Numbered from the stretch's first letter, positions 39,439 to 56,920 are shown. The stretch: 64,000 nt of DNA from Podarcis gaigeae (GCA_964106915.2 OZ066930.1), one strand, 5' to 3'. Notes: generated from the sequence alone by a model not told the origin. Translations and numbers: made by a program.

Positions 39439-41653
39439 TACATGAGAAATCTGTGAGCAGAATTCCCAACGTTTTGCTTTTTACTTGAAAGCAGATAGGG
39501 ATGTATGTATGGAATGCCCTAATTTTGATAGAGGCAGTTGCATTGGGGAAGGGTGGAGCTAATACTGTATGTTAGAAGTGGTATTATATCAGATAAATGG
39601 TGTGGGAGAAAGGTTTAAGCCCACTTTTCCCCAGGGACATTGCTCTGATCAAATAAGAGCCCCATTCCCGTCCAAGCTACTTTCAAATAGTTTTACGTAA
39701 TTTTCAAAATAAGGTTTGAGGGAAGCAGAATGGTGCAAGTCAAACAGTGAAATGTACTTTAGATTTTCTGGAGCTAACCCCCCCCCCCCCCGTTTTTCTT
39801 TTTGGTGTACAGTGCAGGAAGCTGGATTTTCTTTAGTGATATTCTCCAGAGCAGTTCAAATGCGTAGTAATTTTTGCATTCCCATACCCCATCAATAGAT
39901 TGTTTGAAGTCTTTATTAGCATATACCTGTTTTCCTTACTATAAATGCTTCTGCTATTCATTCTAGTGGGAATTACTTGAGTATTCCCACATGCAACTTA
40001 ATTATATCTTATTATATTTATATTACTTGTAATATAATATGTTTATTATACTGTCTAATTAATGCAATATGTTATTTGCTTTCTGTTTTCCCCATGGGGT
40101 CTCTTATATCTGTTTCTGTCTTGCCCCAGCTTCCTGCAGGTGGTACTTGGGCAGGGAGGGAGAAGAATCTGCACAGTAAAATGTTCATATATTTTAGCGA
40201 AGCGTGGAAGTAAAGAATTGTGAGGGGCACAAAATTGGTTTTTGGCTTTTGTATGTGAGAGAGATTACTAGGAATGTTAAAAACAAAGGTTATATGCACC
40301 TATAACCAAGGTTTTTAAAAAAGCCCCTTTGAGTGTTTTCACTATTCATTTACTGAAATGTATTAAGAATCTGAGCCAGTTAGACACAATGATCTCCAGG
40401 CGACGGTAGCTTGGCACTGCAAAAGTCTGAGAATGGACCAACCAAAGGAGCAGAAGCTGAAAGTGCCATCTCCTATAAGTGTTCTCCCATAAAATGAAAC
40501 TTGCAAGGCACTTTTTGAACATTTGCATGCTTTTGAGGTGTTTGCTTTTCAGCTGAAGCGAAACGTTTGACCGATTAACGTAAACAAATTTGTGAAGCGG
40601 GGGGGGGGGGGGGAGCCCCTCCCTCGTTTTTGGCTTCCTCCAGAGTTACCATGCGTGCCTGCTTTTTTCTTGTCAACACCACACACCCATCATTATTATA
40701 TTATTAAAATGTATGTATTGCCAAAGCAAGATGCCCCGGCTGACAATTAAAACAGAGCATGGAGCACTACAAGGTACATAATACCAATCAATACCAACAA
40801 CAGAATTCCAATTCAAACAGAAGACTGAATGCCAAACAACTAAACCTATTTCTGTTTTCCCCTTCTCTCCTCAGTTCTATACCTTTTCCGTCTCTTCTCA
40901 GTCTCTTGCCTCCTTCACCCAGCCATGTTTTCCTCAGAATTCTATTTGTCAGCATGCAGTTTCCTTGATCATTCTTCCTTCAGTTACCTTGTCTTTGGGC
41001 TCTCTATCCCTCAACTTGACTACTCTTTCGGCTTGGTTACTTATTCTTAAATTGCTTTTTTTTTTTAAAAAAAACACACACCCAGTTATCTTGCTTCTGT
41101 TTTCATTTTGTGTCACTTGCAGAAATCACATAATGTGCTTTCACTCATTTTTTGTCATAGTGCGTATTATTAAAGGCCATAACCTCTTTAAATGTGTGAA
41201 ATGTGTGAATGCATAATGTGGAGTTAAGCACTTCAGTTTACCTGGTTTTAGGATCATTTTAATTTGAATGGCAATCCCACTTGGTCAACTTGCTTCACCT
41301 CAAATAACTTGCTTCACTCATCCCATAAAGTTTGCATAAACCTGAAATAGGCTTTCTATTAAACTGGAAGGAGGATGGGTACCTTGTTACAGTTGATTTA
41401 TAACTGATATTGGTACTTGCTCAGGTAACCAGGAAGACCAACCCTCACTAATCTAGTGCACTCCAGATGTTTTGGACTATAGCTCCCATAATCCGCTGGT
41501 GCTAGTCAGCATGGCCAGTGCTTAGGGATTAAGGCAATTGTAGTCTGATACTTTGGGATGGCTCCAGCTTGGATTGTCCTTCTAAAAACCCAGCTGAATT
41601 ATGTTTTTGTTTACTTGAATGATTAAACCCTCCTCTCGTTTTCTGGATGATAG

Positions 41654-44297
<2,644 letters not shown>

Positions 44298-47200
44298 TAA
44301 GGATCCCAAGGGTTTTGAAGTATGCTCCCGAAATTGACGGTGCTATTTTGGTGCTTTAATTGCGGTGTTTCCCTGTTCATGTACCCACTTTCCCAGCATA
44401 TTCTCTTCCCACTCTTGCATGATGATAATGAATAACTGGTCCTTGGTGGCCCTGTCAGCGAGTTTTACATTATTGCGTTGATTTCCCTCCTCTCCCAACT
44501 TTGTAGCACACTGTAACAGAAGTGGCGCAATGTTAGCACCTTTTTGCCTACTCTTTGGAATATGTTGCAGTCAAGGTTCCCTGACACTTCTCTTTTGAGA
44601 GTTGGCTATATCCAGAACCAGGTGGTTTTGTGTGTGTGTGTGTGTGTGCCGTGACTTTGAGGCCTTTTAGCTTTACTTTTGCAAGCTTATGTTGAAATAT
44701 TGGATTGAGGTAAGTGTGTGTATGTGTGTTTTATATATATATAGAGAGAGAGAAATGGAAAAGGATACTCATCAGTTCACACCATCAGTGTATTAATTGT
44801 CTGTATTGCAATACTTTAAAACCTTGTAGGAAGCCCAGTGAAGTTTATAGGAAATATTGGGAAATGTAGTCTTATTGATACTTCCATAATTGGTTGCATG
44901 TGTGAATACCAGTCTACAGGAAAGTTTTGTATAAAATTTATATGTGCCTAAGGTATTTTTCAATGTTTGAAATAGGTTTCACTTAAGTAGGAAGTGGTTT
45001 TTGAGTAGTGTTTTTCTACTGATGTTGATGTTATGTATTCCTCTTTTAAACACCAGTTTCAAAGAATTGCAGGAATTCAATAATCTTAGCTAAATAGTAC
45101 AGATGCATTTGGTACAGAAATGCAGCGTACTGTTGGCGGACATTAAGAAGATATTTCTGACTGAACTGAATGTTTTAAGTTCTTTAAAAAATACTACAGT
45201 TGTTCAAAAGGGTGCTTACTTAGCAAGCAAGAGGAATGTAAAAATAGCAAAACTGATTGGTTTCTGGTAGTGTGTTGTGCTTCTGTTTGAGTCCCCAGCT
45301 GTGAAGAGAGGCTTCAGTGTGTTCTGTTTTCAGTGATTCTGCCAGTCCAGCATTTATCGTGCATACAGCTTGTTCAGTTTAAAAGCTTGGGTTTGCCCCT
45401 GAGACCACAGTTCCTTCATTGCACTTTTGACTCCTGCTTTGCATCCATGGTAGTAAAAGCTGCAGCAGCATGCTTTGTGATTTTAATGTGCTTTATAGAA
45501 AGAGGGAGGACTTTCCATGTGGTTAACTAATGCTCAGGGAAAGCCTACAGAGGCATTTGTGGCACTGCTGAGCAGATGCAGATTTCTAGAATATGCTGGC
45601 TGGAGGATTGCAGCCATCCTTGTTACATTTCTTACCTAATATGTTAACTTTCACATGCAAGATAGATGTACACTTTTGTAGGGATCTGAAATAATGTAGC
45701 TTGATATATGTACCTTATACCTTAAGTAAAGATCTGTCCTTTCCACGGTAGTTTATGCTTCAGACCTTCAGAATCTTTTCAAGATGGGAGGACGACGTGG
45801 CTCAGAATCTCAGGATTCGTACACTCAAAGCCTTTGCTAGAGTTACTGCTTCTTCAACGGGTGCTTTTCAAATATTATTTTCACTATGCCTGCAAATCAC
45901 TTTTCCATTAATAGCTGGAAGTGGTTCTGAGCCAAAATATATGAATTTGCACAATTGTAGTTTTTCTGTACTAAGTCACTGCATAGTATTTCTTATATCC
46001 TGGACCACGGAGCTTCCTAGCTGTTAGGGTCACCTGAATAAAAGCAATCAAGGACACGAAAGAAGCCAGAACATAAGTTCACTGCACTCTACTGAGATAC
46101 AGTACTGTGGACATCCAGCCTGCCATTTGATATTGGTACATCCCTGTAAAAAGGGTGTCTCACTTAAACTTATGCCATTTGGGATTAGGCCAGAGAAAAA
46201 GGAACACCTGTTGCACCATCCATGGGAACTGCATGGTCTCACTCCATAATCTATCAAATATTTGAGATGCTTTGCAGAACTGGTTGTGCCACGCCTGCAC
46301 TAATGGTACTCATGGTTTATTAGCAGTATTTCAGACACTGCCTCTTCCTGAATTCTTTGTATGCTTTTACAGCCTTGGATTTTGCTGATTTTCTTCTATT
46401 ATGATGGATTTATTTGATTTCAGCTACAAACCCTCCACTCTTAGCCTCCATGCGCTGTCTTTTGGAGACTTACTTGGCACATAGCCCCCCCCCCCCATCA
46501 ATTCTCCAACTTGCAGATGCCGTCTCTTTGTCCTGAAGCTAATAGCCTTTGGAGTTCTAACACAGCTATTCTGCTGGGGGCACAGTCACCTCTTGCATTC
46601 ATTTCAGATTTTCTTAGTAAGTTTCAAATCAGGACTGTATAGGGCCCTGTATAATTACATAGTTTCAGTTGTCTCCACAGTGAGTTACTGAAGCAACAGG
46701 AGGTCCATTGCTGGCCCCAGCCCAATGTTATAGAGCATCCTCTGCCCCATTCCTGATGCCCACATGCTGAATGTGGATGACTGCAAAAGGGAAACCTGCA
46801 TGTGTTGATCTCAATGGGATTGAGAACCTTGAAGTGTTTGGGGTTCTTGATCCTGTAGGTTTCCCTTTTGCAGATGTCCACACTCAATGTATGAACCAAG
46901 GGAGCAAGCTGCTTGACTTTGGGAGTGGAGTCAGTGGCACAACCTCACTACTTTTTCAATGGCTGGAGCCCCCACTGTGTGAATTATGCTTGAAAGGGAA
47001 TAGGACATGTCCCTGAAATAAAAGGATTCACCTTTGTGTTTCATTTGGCAGTTTGTAGATGGTGACTGTGATTTATGGTGAGTGGGCTGCATATTAGGCT
47101 GTTTAAGTTGGAATATGGTGGATGGATATAGTTGGTTACCAGAGGTTAAACATTAAGTACCTTAGCTTTTGGGTTGGATGAGTTACTATAGTTATGAATA

Positions 47201-48737
47201 GTGTAGATAGAGTTTAATACAGCATGTGGAATGTTGGATGTTCACAGGGAAGTTGGGGGTGGCTATGAAGGTAAAGGAATCAGCTGCAACTGTTGAGGTA
47301 ACCCTTACTATATATAATTTGCATATAAGGTCTTGTTTGCCTGGCTTAAAGGTGCACAGTCTTAAGTACACAAGCAATTGATGTTTTCAGTGCAGTTGTA
47401 ACTACCTGCAGCCACTCTAGGTTCACAAATGGCAGCTGACTGCATGAAGAGCGTCTGCCCACTTTCTGTCTGTTCCATCTGTCAGTATTGTGGAGAACTG
47501 CTTTAGTTGTCTTGACATGAATGTCTTCGTTTACACAAACACGTGACACATCTGGACATCAGTTCTTTTAAGGGGAGGCCTTGTTGCTGGCTGTATTGTT
47601 CAACTAGTTGAAGTTCTAGGAATGTTTAAGCTGCTTTCCTCATTAGACACTCAAAGCTGGCGGAGTATGTAAAGGATAAGCAAAGTACCCCTGATGTGCT
47701 GTTAATTAGATTTGTCAGGAGCCCCAGTTGTGCAGCCTGCCACACAGTGTTGTCACTTACTATATCTGTAATGAATTGTCTTAAGGGCATCAGTAAACAC
47801 TGAAAAGCTCCTTTTTAGTTTCTGAATGGCTATTCTAATAGTGTTGCCCCTGCACGGTGGTTTGGGGGTGGGGGTGGGGAGGAAGACACTCCTCTTAAAA
47901 ATAAACCATGGGATCATTAAATCTCTCTGGCAGCACAATCTCCAAAGCAAGAGTGTCTAGTTTGTGATGGTCAAAACAGAAAAAATAATTGTGCCACATC
48001 TCAATACATCTTTACTAGAATGTAACCCTTTCAAGTGCTGAGAGATTCTCCCATTGTTCAGTGCTTTGCATTTGGTTTAAATGCAACTTTGTATTTCAAT
48101 TTCTGGAGAATTACTCTGGAATTAATGAGACTGTGGGATGAAATAGTTTGTGGATATTTATGATCAGAATGTGTTTCCTTCATTTTCTAATTCTGCAGCC
48201 TCTAATTTCATTTGTAACAAAGATAATGAAAATGAAGTACTTGCAATTGCATATTAATGTTGATGTTTTAAAGTACACATATAGTGTTATAGAGCCTTGA
48301 AAATCCTTTGCTTTAAACATTTTTACCTCTGCATGAGAATAACCAAGAGTGGAGTGTGGGTAATTTCTGCAACATCACTTTGCTGGGGTAAGAATTAGTT
48401 GGCTGGAGGGGGTGTATTTTAAAGACCAAGCAACCCTGATCCCAGCAGTTGCAGCCACTGCTTTGCAACTGGCCTGGAGTGTACTCTTGATGGTGGTTTT
48501 GCAACAGAGGGGGTGGGGAGAAGCACCAGGTGAGGTGAGAGCAACCTCATCAAAGCAGGACTGGGTGGAGATGACCCATCCCATGAGAACAGCTTCTGGC
48601 ACTGGGGTTGCTCCATAACTAACCTTTCTGCATGGGGCTTTTCAAAGGCCGGCCTGGCTGTGGGTGCAAGAAGCCACAACAGTCTCTTGTGCATGTTCAT
48701 ATACCACAGTTGGATGGCTTCTGAATTGTGTGGCATA

Positions 48738-48910
48738 GGCAAGGAGTCATAAGTCAGTGGTAGAGCACGTGCACCCCAGGTTAAATCTCTGCCATCTCTA
48801 GGGAATACTGGGGAAAATCTCTGTCCAAAATCTTGGAGAACTATATACCAGTCAGTATAGATAATATTGAGATGGACTAATGATCTGGTCTGGCATAAGA
48901 CAACTTCCTC
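48738..48910 (+). mobile_element. Diverged squamate tRNA-derived SINE
   Basis: tcagtggtagagcac...caggttaaatc...ccagtcagtatagataatattgagatggactaatg...caacttcct. Confidence 0.7.
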
Positions 48911-49959
48911 CATGGAAACCACAGCTGTTCTCACACAGTTGTCCTGGTGGCACTGAAGTTCTAATCCTTGGTTTGGTCCATAACCTACACCCCTGCAGGT
49001 CAACCAGCAAAAGATAAACAGGGCCATTGATGTTCCCACAGAGCAGCTCTTGGCATATTAGCACAGTCGTTTGTGGTATGCTGAGCATTCTGGTCACTTA
49101 CTTAGAGAACCATTTGAGCATGTAATAAAACTCAGCCATGTCCTGATTACCATTAAATCATGTAAGTTGTGGAAGGTGCAAACTCTTGGAAGTTAATTGC
49201 CTGATGTGAAGGAAGCCATTTCTAAAGATGAGGTGAATTACAGCATAATTTGAAGGTTTTTACTGCTTTGGCTGCTTTGATTTACACATTCAAGGGAATA
49301 ACACCACACCATGTAGAAACAGCTGGTGCTTAGTATTAAATATTAATTGCTATGAGTTTCAAAGAGAAGGAACTTGGGATGAGTGTTGCCTGTCTCATAA
49401 ACTGAAGCTAAATAAGATTGTATAAATCTTTTTTCTTGTGGCAGCAGCCGCATCAGTCTAAATAAAACCAGGCCTTCCTTTTGGGCAAAACAACTGCAGT
49501 GGTGGCTGAATTGACCCTGCGTAGCAGCTACCTTCTTAAGGGTCAGGCCATTCAGATGTAACACTGTGGAATAAATGCTTCAGTTTAGTTGCTAAGTGAC
49601 TGAAGCCAGATAAGGTTTGAACTGCAGTCCTTTGGACACTTTGTGAAGACTTCAGTCTAATTGAAATAAGTACAGCTTCTGAATAAACATGTGGAATTAT
49701 TCACTGCCAGAATTATTAACCTTCTCTATCACTTTAGCCACATGACACCCTTTTTCAGATCCCTTTATTGACTTTCTGTCCCCTTTCCATATCCAGCACA
49801 AACTCCTCGTCTTTTTAAAGCTACCCCCAGCATAACCCCCATTCTTCCTTCCTGTCCTTTGTCTCTAGTTACATCTCCTCTTGTGATCTCTGCTGCTTCT
49901 CCTCTTACACCTCAGTTGACTGAAGATCTCCTGGGTCTTTCATTAGTTCTGCCTTAAGT

Positions 49960-50245
49960 GGGGAACTCCTTTCGTGGATATGGACATGGTGCCTCCTCCC
50001 TTCCTTCAAATACCTCATCAGAACCTACCTTTTCAGGGTCAACTTTGGCTTCCCTTGAATCCTTAATTTCCAGCTGTAATCAAGTCGAATAGCATTTGCC
50101 TAGATTCTTTTCTCTTTCCTTCTGTAGTTTTCCCCACTGCCTATTTTAGATCATAAACTCCTAGCGGGCAGGGAGCTATGTTTGTTGCCTGTGTAACTCT
50201 CTAAAGTACCATGCACTCTGATGATGCAGTGTAAATAAACTAAAT
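49960..50245 (+). mobile_element. L2 LINE 3' remnant
   Basis: ccttcaaatacctcatcagaacctacctttt (F..LKT.LF-like end) and tagatcataaactcctagcgggcaggga 3' UTR motif. Confidence 0.6.
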
Positions 50246-50869
50246 AGGTAAAAACAATTGTCTTTGCCGTAAGCCAAGAAGATGAGAGACTATGGCATAC
50301 CTTTTCTTCAGAGGCAGGTTGTGTGGGGAATGTCACTGTCACGCCAGCTTCTAGTTTTTTAAAAAATATTATTAATATTAAAAATGATATTAAAAAGTAC
50401 ACTCCCTCTTTAATAAGAAGTTCATAAAGCAGCTTACCACTGTCCAATTCAAGTTAGTCACATTAAAAGTTTTCGGGACCCATTAAAGTACCCAAGAATT
50501 CTATGCTTGCAGTTCCCACTCTTCTCTAAGGTGGTTTAGCATTGGAGCAAACAGGCAGGAATGCGTCCAGATGGGTGGCTCATATCCATTGCCTAGAATT
50601 GCACATAGTTTGTTTTATTATTGCTGTTACTATTTTATTGTGGCTGTACTGCTCTAGGTGTCATTTTATGGCTTAATGCTGCATAGAATTGTTATCTAAA
50701 CTACTATTCAGTTAACACACACACACAGAGAGGGGGGGGTTGGGGGGGGGAGAGGGAGAGAGAAACAAACAGTCAGGAGTAAAACTTGTTGGCCAGATAA
50801 AATTTCGCATGATAAAAGGAAAAAGACCAAGCTCCAACAACCACTTGATGGCTGGGGAAGCTGAATTTT

Positions 50870-51330
50870 AACCTGAGGTCAGATTTGCCTTGGTTGACAA
50901 AATATTCCTCAGCGTTTGTGCTGTTACAGAGAAGGTTCAATGCAGCCATAAAGGATGAACATGGAGCAGAATCTTCGTCACATATCTATGGGAGTGGAGA
51001 GGTAAATTTTAGAGGAGATGCTTGAATGCAGTCCCCAGGTTATGTCAGATTTTAAAGGTAATCACTAGCACGTTGAACTGGGTCTGGAGTCAATGTGAAG
51101 CCAACTCCCTGTGGCCCGTTCTGTGAAGAAATCAGGCTCAGGATTCTGTTCTAGCTGAAATTTCTAAAACATTTCTAAACATTTTCTTCGAAGACACCTC
51201 TGCATAGAGTTGCTTGCAGTAATCAATATTACAAAATTACTAAAGCACGGTGATGGGCCAAATTAGAGAAGTGATCACAGGTGGCTTGCAGGCCCACTGT
51301 AGAGAAAGAACGTCCTCTTCACTGAACATG
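50870..51330 (-). mobile_element. Old L2-like LINE ORF2 remnant
   Basis: gagttgcttgcagtaatcaat gives IDYC..L on the minus strand; flanking composition fits a decayed L2 RT end. Confidence 0.4.
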
Positions 51331-54300
51331 GTTTCATAGGAGACGTCTCGCAGTAATGATCCGTCTATCAGCCTGTGATTGATTCATTAACTTAATTTGA
51401 TGGATTATCTGATTAATGCTTTCAGAACATCACACGAGCAGCATCTTTTTAAAGGATGATAATTCTACCATGGAGAGGCTACTGGAGAACAAGGTTTTTC
51501 AAAATTTTATTTAATTAACAGATTCATTACCTGCTCTTCACTGTAGGGCAAATTCAGTACTGATATGCATTAAAAATACAAGACAACATAGCATAAAACA
51601 AGCAGACTCCCAGTCTCTGCATGGAGGAATTGCTCTTGTAAGACCAAACTTCACCATGTAAAGTGGTCTGGAACTTTGATAACAGAATTGTTACAAGCCC
51701 CCACAAATCCAACACTCCAGAATAAAAACCAAATCGCTGCTTTGTGCTGGTTCAGAATGTATTGAGAAGGTCCCATCAGCCTGTGCTGATGCTGCAACAA
51801 ATACCCAGGTGTATCACAGCCGGGTCAAATCATCTCCCCAGCTTGCCCTCCTAGGTTTTGGTAATGCATGTTAGGTTGGCCCTCCCCATCCACAAATTGT
51901 GAATGATGGAGATCTTCTTACTTCTTATGGATTGACCTGACATTAAAAAGGGGTGCCACTAGACAGGAGGGGAGGATGATGATGCAACCTGGTTCCTGAG
52001 GGAAGGAGGAAGGGATGGAAATTCTGTTTTTTGGGAATAGATTGTGAGCATCTAGGCCACCTCCTCCTTACCAGAGAGCTGCCAGCCTAATCTTTCCTAG
52101 ATTGTCAGCCCAACCTCAGTTAATTTGATCTGTGACTTGTACACAGAACCTGGCTTACCTACCCAGTCTCTGTATATAATTGAACAGCCTTTTCTAACGT
52201 TTTGTTGAATGTGGGAGATGAGAATATCCAGTCCAGTGGATACTCAGCTTATCTCTGGCAAACTGGTAGTGAAACAGCTGTCGCTCTTTGTACTATTCTG
52301 CTTTCCCTGTACAGCTGCCTGTGGCGGTTGTGCTTATTCCTTCTTGCTCAAGGGCTTTGTCATTGCTAAATGAACATATCCAAGTATATGCTTCTTCTCT
52401 AGGAAGGAAGGAATAATGGCAAACCACTTTGGTTTCTCCCCCACCCCCCCACCCCACTGTGGCTACCTGCTCTAATTTGCATGGTTGGGGAATGATTTCC
52501 AGATCCTAGACGCTGCAATTGATTTTTTGTTTAAAGTGTCAGGCCTGCACGGGGTTGGGTTTTTCTTTCTTTCTTTCTCAGACACTAGCACTAAATTTTT
52601 AAACTGCAGGGCAACCATCCTTATCCATCTGAACAAAGCTTTTAACTTGATTGGATATTCCTGTACCAGAATGATGGTCTGTATACTGTCTAGATCTGGG
52701 CACAAATAGGATTAAAACACTGCACCCACCCCTCAAGCAACAGAGGAGAAAATTACTTCTGTGACACCTTGTTTGGGCTTCATAATCCATTTTCAATTTA
52801 CAGTGACCTTGGTTAGGAGTCTATTATGCTGAAACAAGTGTAGACATTGTAAAATCAGCAGGCTTTGTTCTATGGTTCCAGATGTCAGGAATAATAGCAG
52901 AGACATTGGTGCCAATGCTAGATTGTGATGGGAAATCACAGGTTCTGGAATTAAAATGTAATAACCTTTAAAGACACTAATGTGTCTGATCATTAAAGCT
53001 ACGAGAGAACAAATTGAAGTACTGTAGTCTCTTTAAGACCTCATGGCTTGTTGTATAGCTCCATATGTTACCAGTGATCAGGGTGTGCATTGCATTGTAT
53101 GGAGAAGTGTACAGATATTGTGAACAGAGTTGTCTTTGAGTTTTTATTATACCCAATCACCTAGCTGAACAGGCAGGTCATTTTAAAACAGAAAGGTTTG
53201 CTTTGCTCATTCTGTCGGGTGTCTGGGTGCAGCAAGAGAAACATAAAAACAAAACAAAACACTGTTGGGCTGCAAATGCTCCCTCCCACAAGACCGCCTA
53301 AGACTGTAGTCAGTGGGTGCACAGATAAGTAGGCCAACAGTGGGAAATGTCCATCCAATGCGTAAAAGCACAGGACTAGGAAGACTGTGAAAACAATCGC
53401 CAAGCAATTTCACAAAGTGGTTGAAGAAGTATCTGTTGGGGGTGTTGTAAATATAAGATGCCCTGCTTGAGAGCAGAAGTTGTGTTTCTTCCTGTTGAAT
53501 GATTGTATAATAGATTTTTGTTCAAATGGTATGTGTAACACGAGGACTTGCTTTTAAACCTCACTGGTGTGCAGCTTTGTGAACCATAAACCCTGAAGGA
53601 GATGATCAAGCATTTGGTGTCAGTTTTCTAAAGCACTCAAGTAGCCTGCTGTTTAAAAGTCTATTTAAATAAAGCACCATTTTTGTTTCTCTAATAGTAA
53701 GTTGAAGAAGCAACACCAAAGGCAGTGGTTAAAAGTATCTGTAATAATATATACATTTTGAAATCACATATCTGTCATTAGCCCAGGCGAGGACATAAAG
53801 CTTTCTATTGCCTAACCAAAGTTAACATCCTTCTGGCTTTACATACTCCCTGCCTTTTGGTATACAAATGCCTCTCTCTTCCCTTTGCTTGTGCTAACCG
53901 GGACACGGTGTTGCATGTAGGGATGAGCCAAATGTTTTCCAGGTTTTATTTTCTTCAAAAGTAGTTTTTTTTCCTTTGGAGGAAACAAGTGGTATATTCT
54001 GGTTCTGACAGAAATTACAGTCTGAAATGTGAAAACAATATTTAAATGGAGGAGGCGTAAATTGAAGCTCTGATTGCTTGTATTGGAACAAGAAGCTGCT
54101 GGCTGGATTTTTCCAAGTGTAGCAGAATGAAATGTTGGAAATTATTTACTTTGTTGTTTGGCCCATATATGACTGGCTGACTTTCTACAAACAACCCTCC
54201 CCCAAACATACTTTTCTGTATGCAAGCCGTTGCATAAATGGCAGCACAGAATAATTATTTTTCTTTTTTTAGAAAAAAAAGAGCATGGTACTCTGAACTG

Positions 54301-54462
54301 AGCATGGTACAATCTTGAGATATTTTGGTCACAAGAAATTCTCCAGTGAGTGTAGAAGTCTCAGTCCAAAGCTCTACATTTCCTCCTTATGCTGAATTTG
54401 GCCTGTTTTATCTCTTAGCTCCGGATACTTGGAAGTATTTGGGCTGTTTCTACCCAAGTCTG

Positions 54463-54772
54463 GGGACGCAGGTGGCGCTGTGGGTTAAAGCCTCAGCGCC
54501 TAGGACTTGCCGATCGAAAGGTCGGCGGTTCGAATCCCTGCGGCGGGGTGCGCTCCCGCTGCTCGGTCCCAGCGCCTGCCAACCTAGCAGTTCGAAAGCA
54601 CCCCTGGGTGCAAGTAGATAAATAGGGACCAGAGCAGCGATGTCACGCTGGCCATGTGACCCGGAAGTGTCTCCGGACAGCGCTGGCCCCTGGCCTCTTA
54701 AGTGAGATGGGCGCACAACCCCAGAGTCTGGCAAGACTGGCCCGTACGGGCAGGGGTACCTTTACCTTTACT
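54463..54772 (+). mobile_element. Sauria SINE (tail subtype A) with ~50-bp internal deletion
   Basis: Intact ggttcgaatcc B box, many CpGs, 12-bp target duplication TACCCAAGTCTG at 54451-54462 and 54774-54785; shorter than the 37399 copy after gataaatagggacc. Confidence 0.93.
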
Positions 54773-56435
54773 ATACCCAAGTCTGAGGTGTCAAACGATT
54801 TCTAGGGATCAGATGCTGGGGCAGAGGCTTCCTGCTCCTTTACCTGACCTTGGCCCCTTCTCCCTTTGTGGCTGGGACTCGTTCCCAGAACACTGCATGG
54901 TGCTAGCTCTTTATCTTCTTCAAGTCCCTCCTCAAAATTCATTTCTTCTCCAAAGCCTTTAGTCTTCACTTTCTTATTGAAATGAAACCTGAGTACATGT
55001 AACCATAATCTCACATATTCTTCCCCTCATTGACTTCTGCTTCCCTCTTCTCTATCTCCCCTATGACAGTTTCTAATTCTCAGGTAACACAGCGGTTTGA
55101 CTTCACCCCTAGAGGTGCATTCCATTGTCTCTTGAGACAGATGCATGCCAACAGTGCATCCCTTAGCATTTACAGCAGTGGTCAGAAACTGCTAGGAATG
55201 GTGGGAGTTGTAGTTCAGCAACATCTAAAGGGCCAAAGGTTTTTTCGCCCAGCAGTCACAGTTATAGTCATTGCCTATTGATGCTGTTTCAACCAAAAAC
55301 TATGCAATTAGTGGTAGTTTGCATAGAAGAGTAAGCAAATTGAGAGGTGGCAATGGTGTCTAGAAGGCCAGGTTCACATTAGGGTAGTGGAAGGAGTATT
55401 TATAGCTTCTGACATACTATTGATTCTCTACTTCAGGATGTGTTCATGTGAATTAGCATTTGCAAATGTGATGGGAGGGATAGCTAAAAGAGTAAGTATT
55501 CATATTATTAATAGTCAGCAGTATCAGTGAGTAGCAGACTCAGCAAGGTCTTCCAAATGGAACAATAAGATTTTAAGTTTATTGCTATTCCAAAATTGTT
55601 ACCTCCTACGTTAGTTTCCTAGTGCCACCCAAAAATAATATAGCAGCCGATTCATTGCCCTGTACCTTTTGGTAAAGTTGTTCTCCAACCCCCAAATAAA
55701 CATTTATTTATGTGCCTTCAGGCAGAAATAAATAAATGCTAAATAACAGACAAATTCCCTTAACCGACCTTCCATATCAGCTATTCATAATTTCAGCTTG
55801 CCTCTCATTTGCTTCTGAGTACATTCTCATCCTTTACCCCTAAAAGGAGAGAAGGTGCAGAAAATATTTGGTGGAAGTTTCCCTCTTGATTATTCCTCAT
55901 GTGATGTTTAAAAGGAAGGAAGGAGAATTATGAAAGCAAACCGCCCCCCCCAACATGCTTCAGAGAAAAAGGCAACGAAGGTATCTAAGAACAAATGTGT
56001 TTCCTCCCCTTCCTTCCCCACAAGGTTACATATCAGAATCTGTGGGGTTTTTAAAGGACCAAATCAGGTGTGACGTGGGAGATCTGTCAGTGAGATCCCC
56101 CAGGTTGTTTTTATATAATATCCGCTGCGTCCTTCCCCATTGGTTTGGGTTTGGGAACACAGTGCTGTTAAGTTTCCCTTACAGGGCAAATTGCAGTGAA
56201 GGTGGGTGGGGAAATTTTCACTTGGAAAATAGTGTGCAGGGCTTAACAGTCACTGGGCAGAAGCGTGACACATCCTGTGATACTTCGAGACACAAAGAGA
56301 GGTGCAGTGCTGTGAAGTAAAGGTCTTTGAACACTTCAGACATTTCCTCCTTTGCCATTAAACGGAGTGCATAGATCCACATTGCTTTATGGCCCTTTTG
56401 AAACATACTTGGGGGATGCAGGTGCTTATGAAATT

Positions 56436-56436
56436 T

Positions 56437-56492
<56 letters not shown>
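56436..56492. repeat. (TTTC)n microsatellite
   Basis: Direct reading. Confidence 0.95.
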
Positions 56493-56906
56493 TTTAAAAT
56501 TATTATTTCATTTCGAATTTGACTCTTTCTGTGCCTGCAACACACTGAGAAACAAAGTATCCGAGCCTCCTTATTTGAAGGGAGGGGGAGGCGGGGGGGG
56601 AATGCCAGCAGTTCAGAGACTGCCCATGAATTGCATACAGTTGCACTTCCCAGACATAAACGCACTGGTTCATTTCAAGTGTTGGTTCCTCAGGAGACAC
56701 ACACTCTACTCGAGACAAAAGGAGTCTTTGCTTTGTTCTTGCGTACCATAAATGCCACTGTAACTTAAACATTTGACTTTTTAATGTCAAGTTGAACATA
56801 AGACTCTCTTTCTCCCCCCTCCCTTTTGAATATAGAACTGCTGTGATTGTTGCACTCTTCATTTTCAGCCAGCAATTATTCATAGTGTGACATTGAGACA
56901 TTAGCT

Positions 56907-56920
56907 GTTGCCATGGTAAC
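56907..56920. promoter_or_regulatory. RFX X-box motif GTTGCCATGGTAAC
   Basis: Matches the palindromic RFX consensus GTTRCCATGGYAAC, in sequence I do not recognise as a repeat. Confidence 0.55.

Noticed and set aside
44419-44584. C/D-box snoRNA (ATGATGA ... CTGA)
   Set aside because: Boxes are ~165 nt apart with no terminal stem or recognisable guide sequence.
54281-54310. Short direct repeat gagcatggtac x2 (and similar small duplications near 51160 and 58709)
   Set aside because: Consistent with ordinary replication slippage; no further structure.
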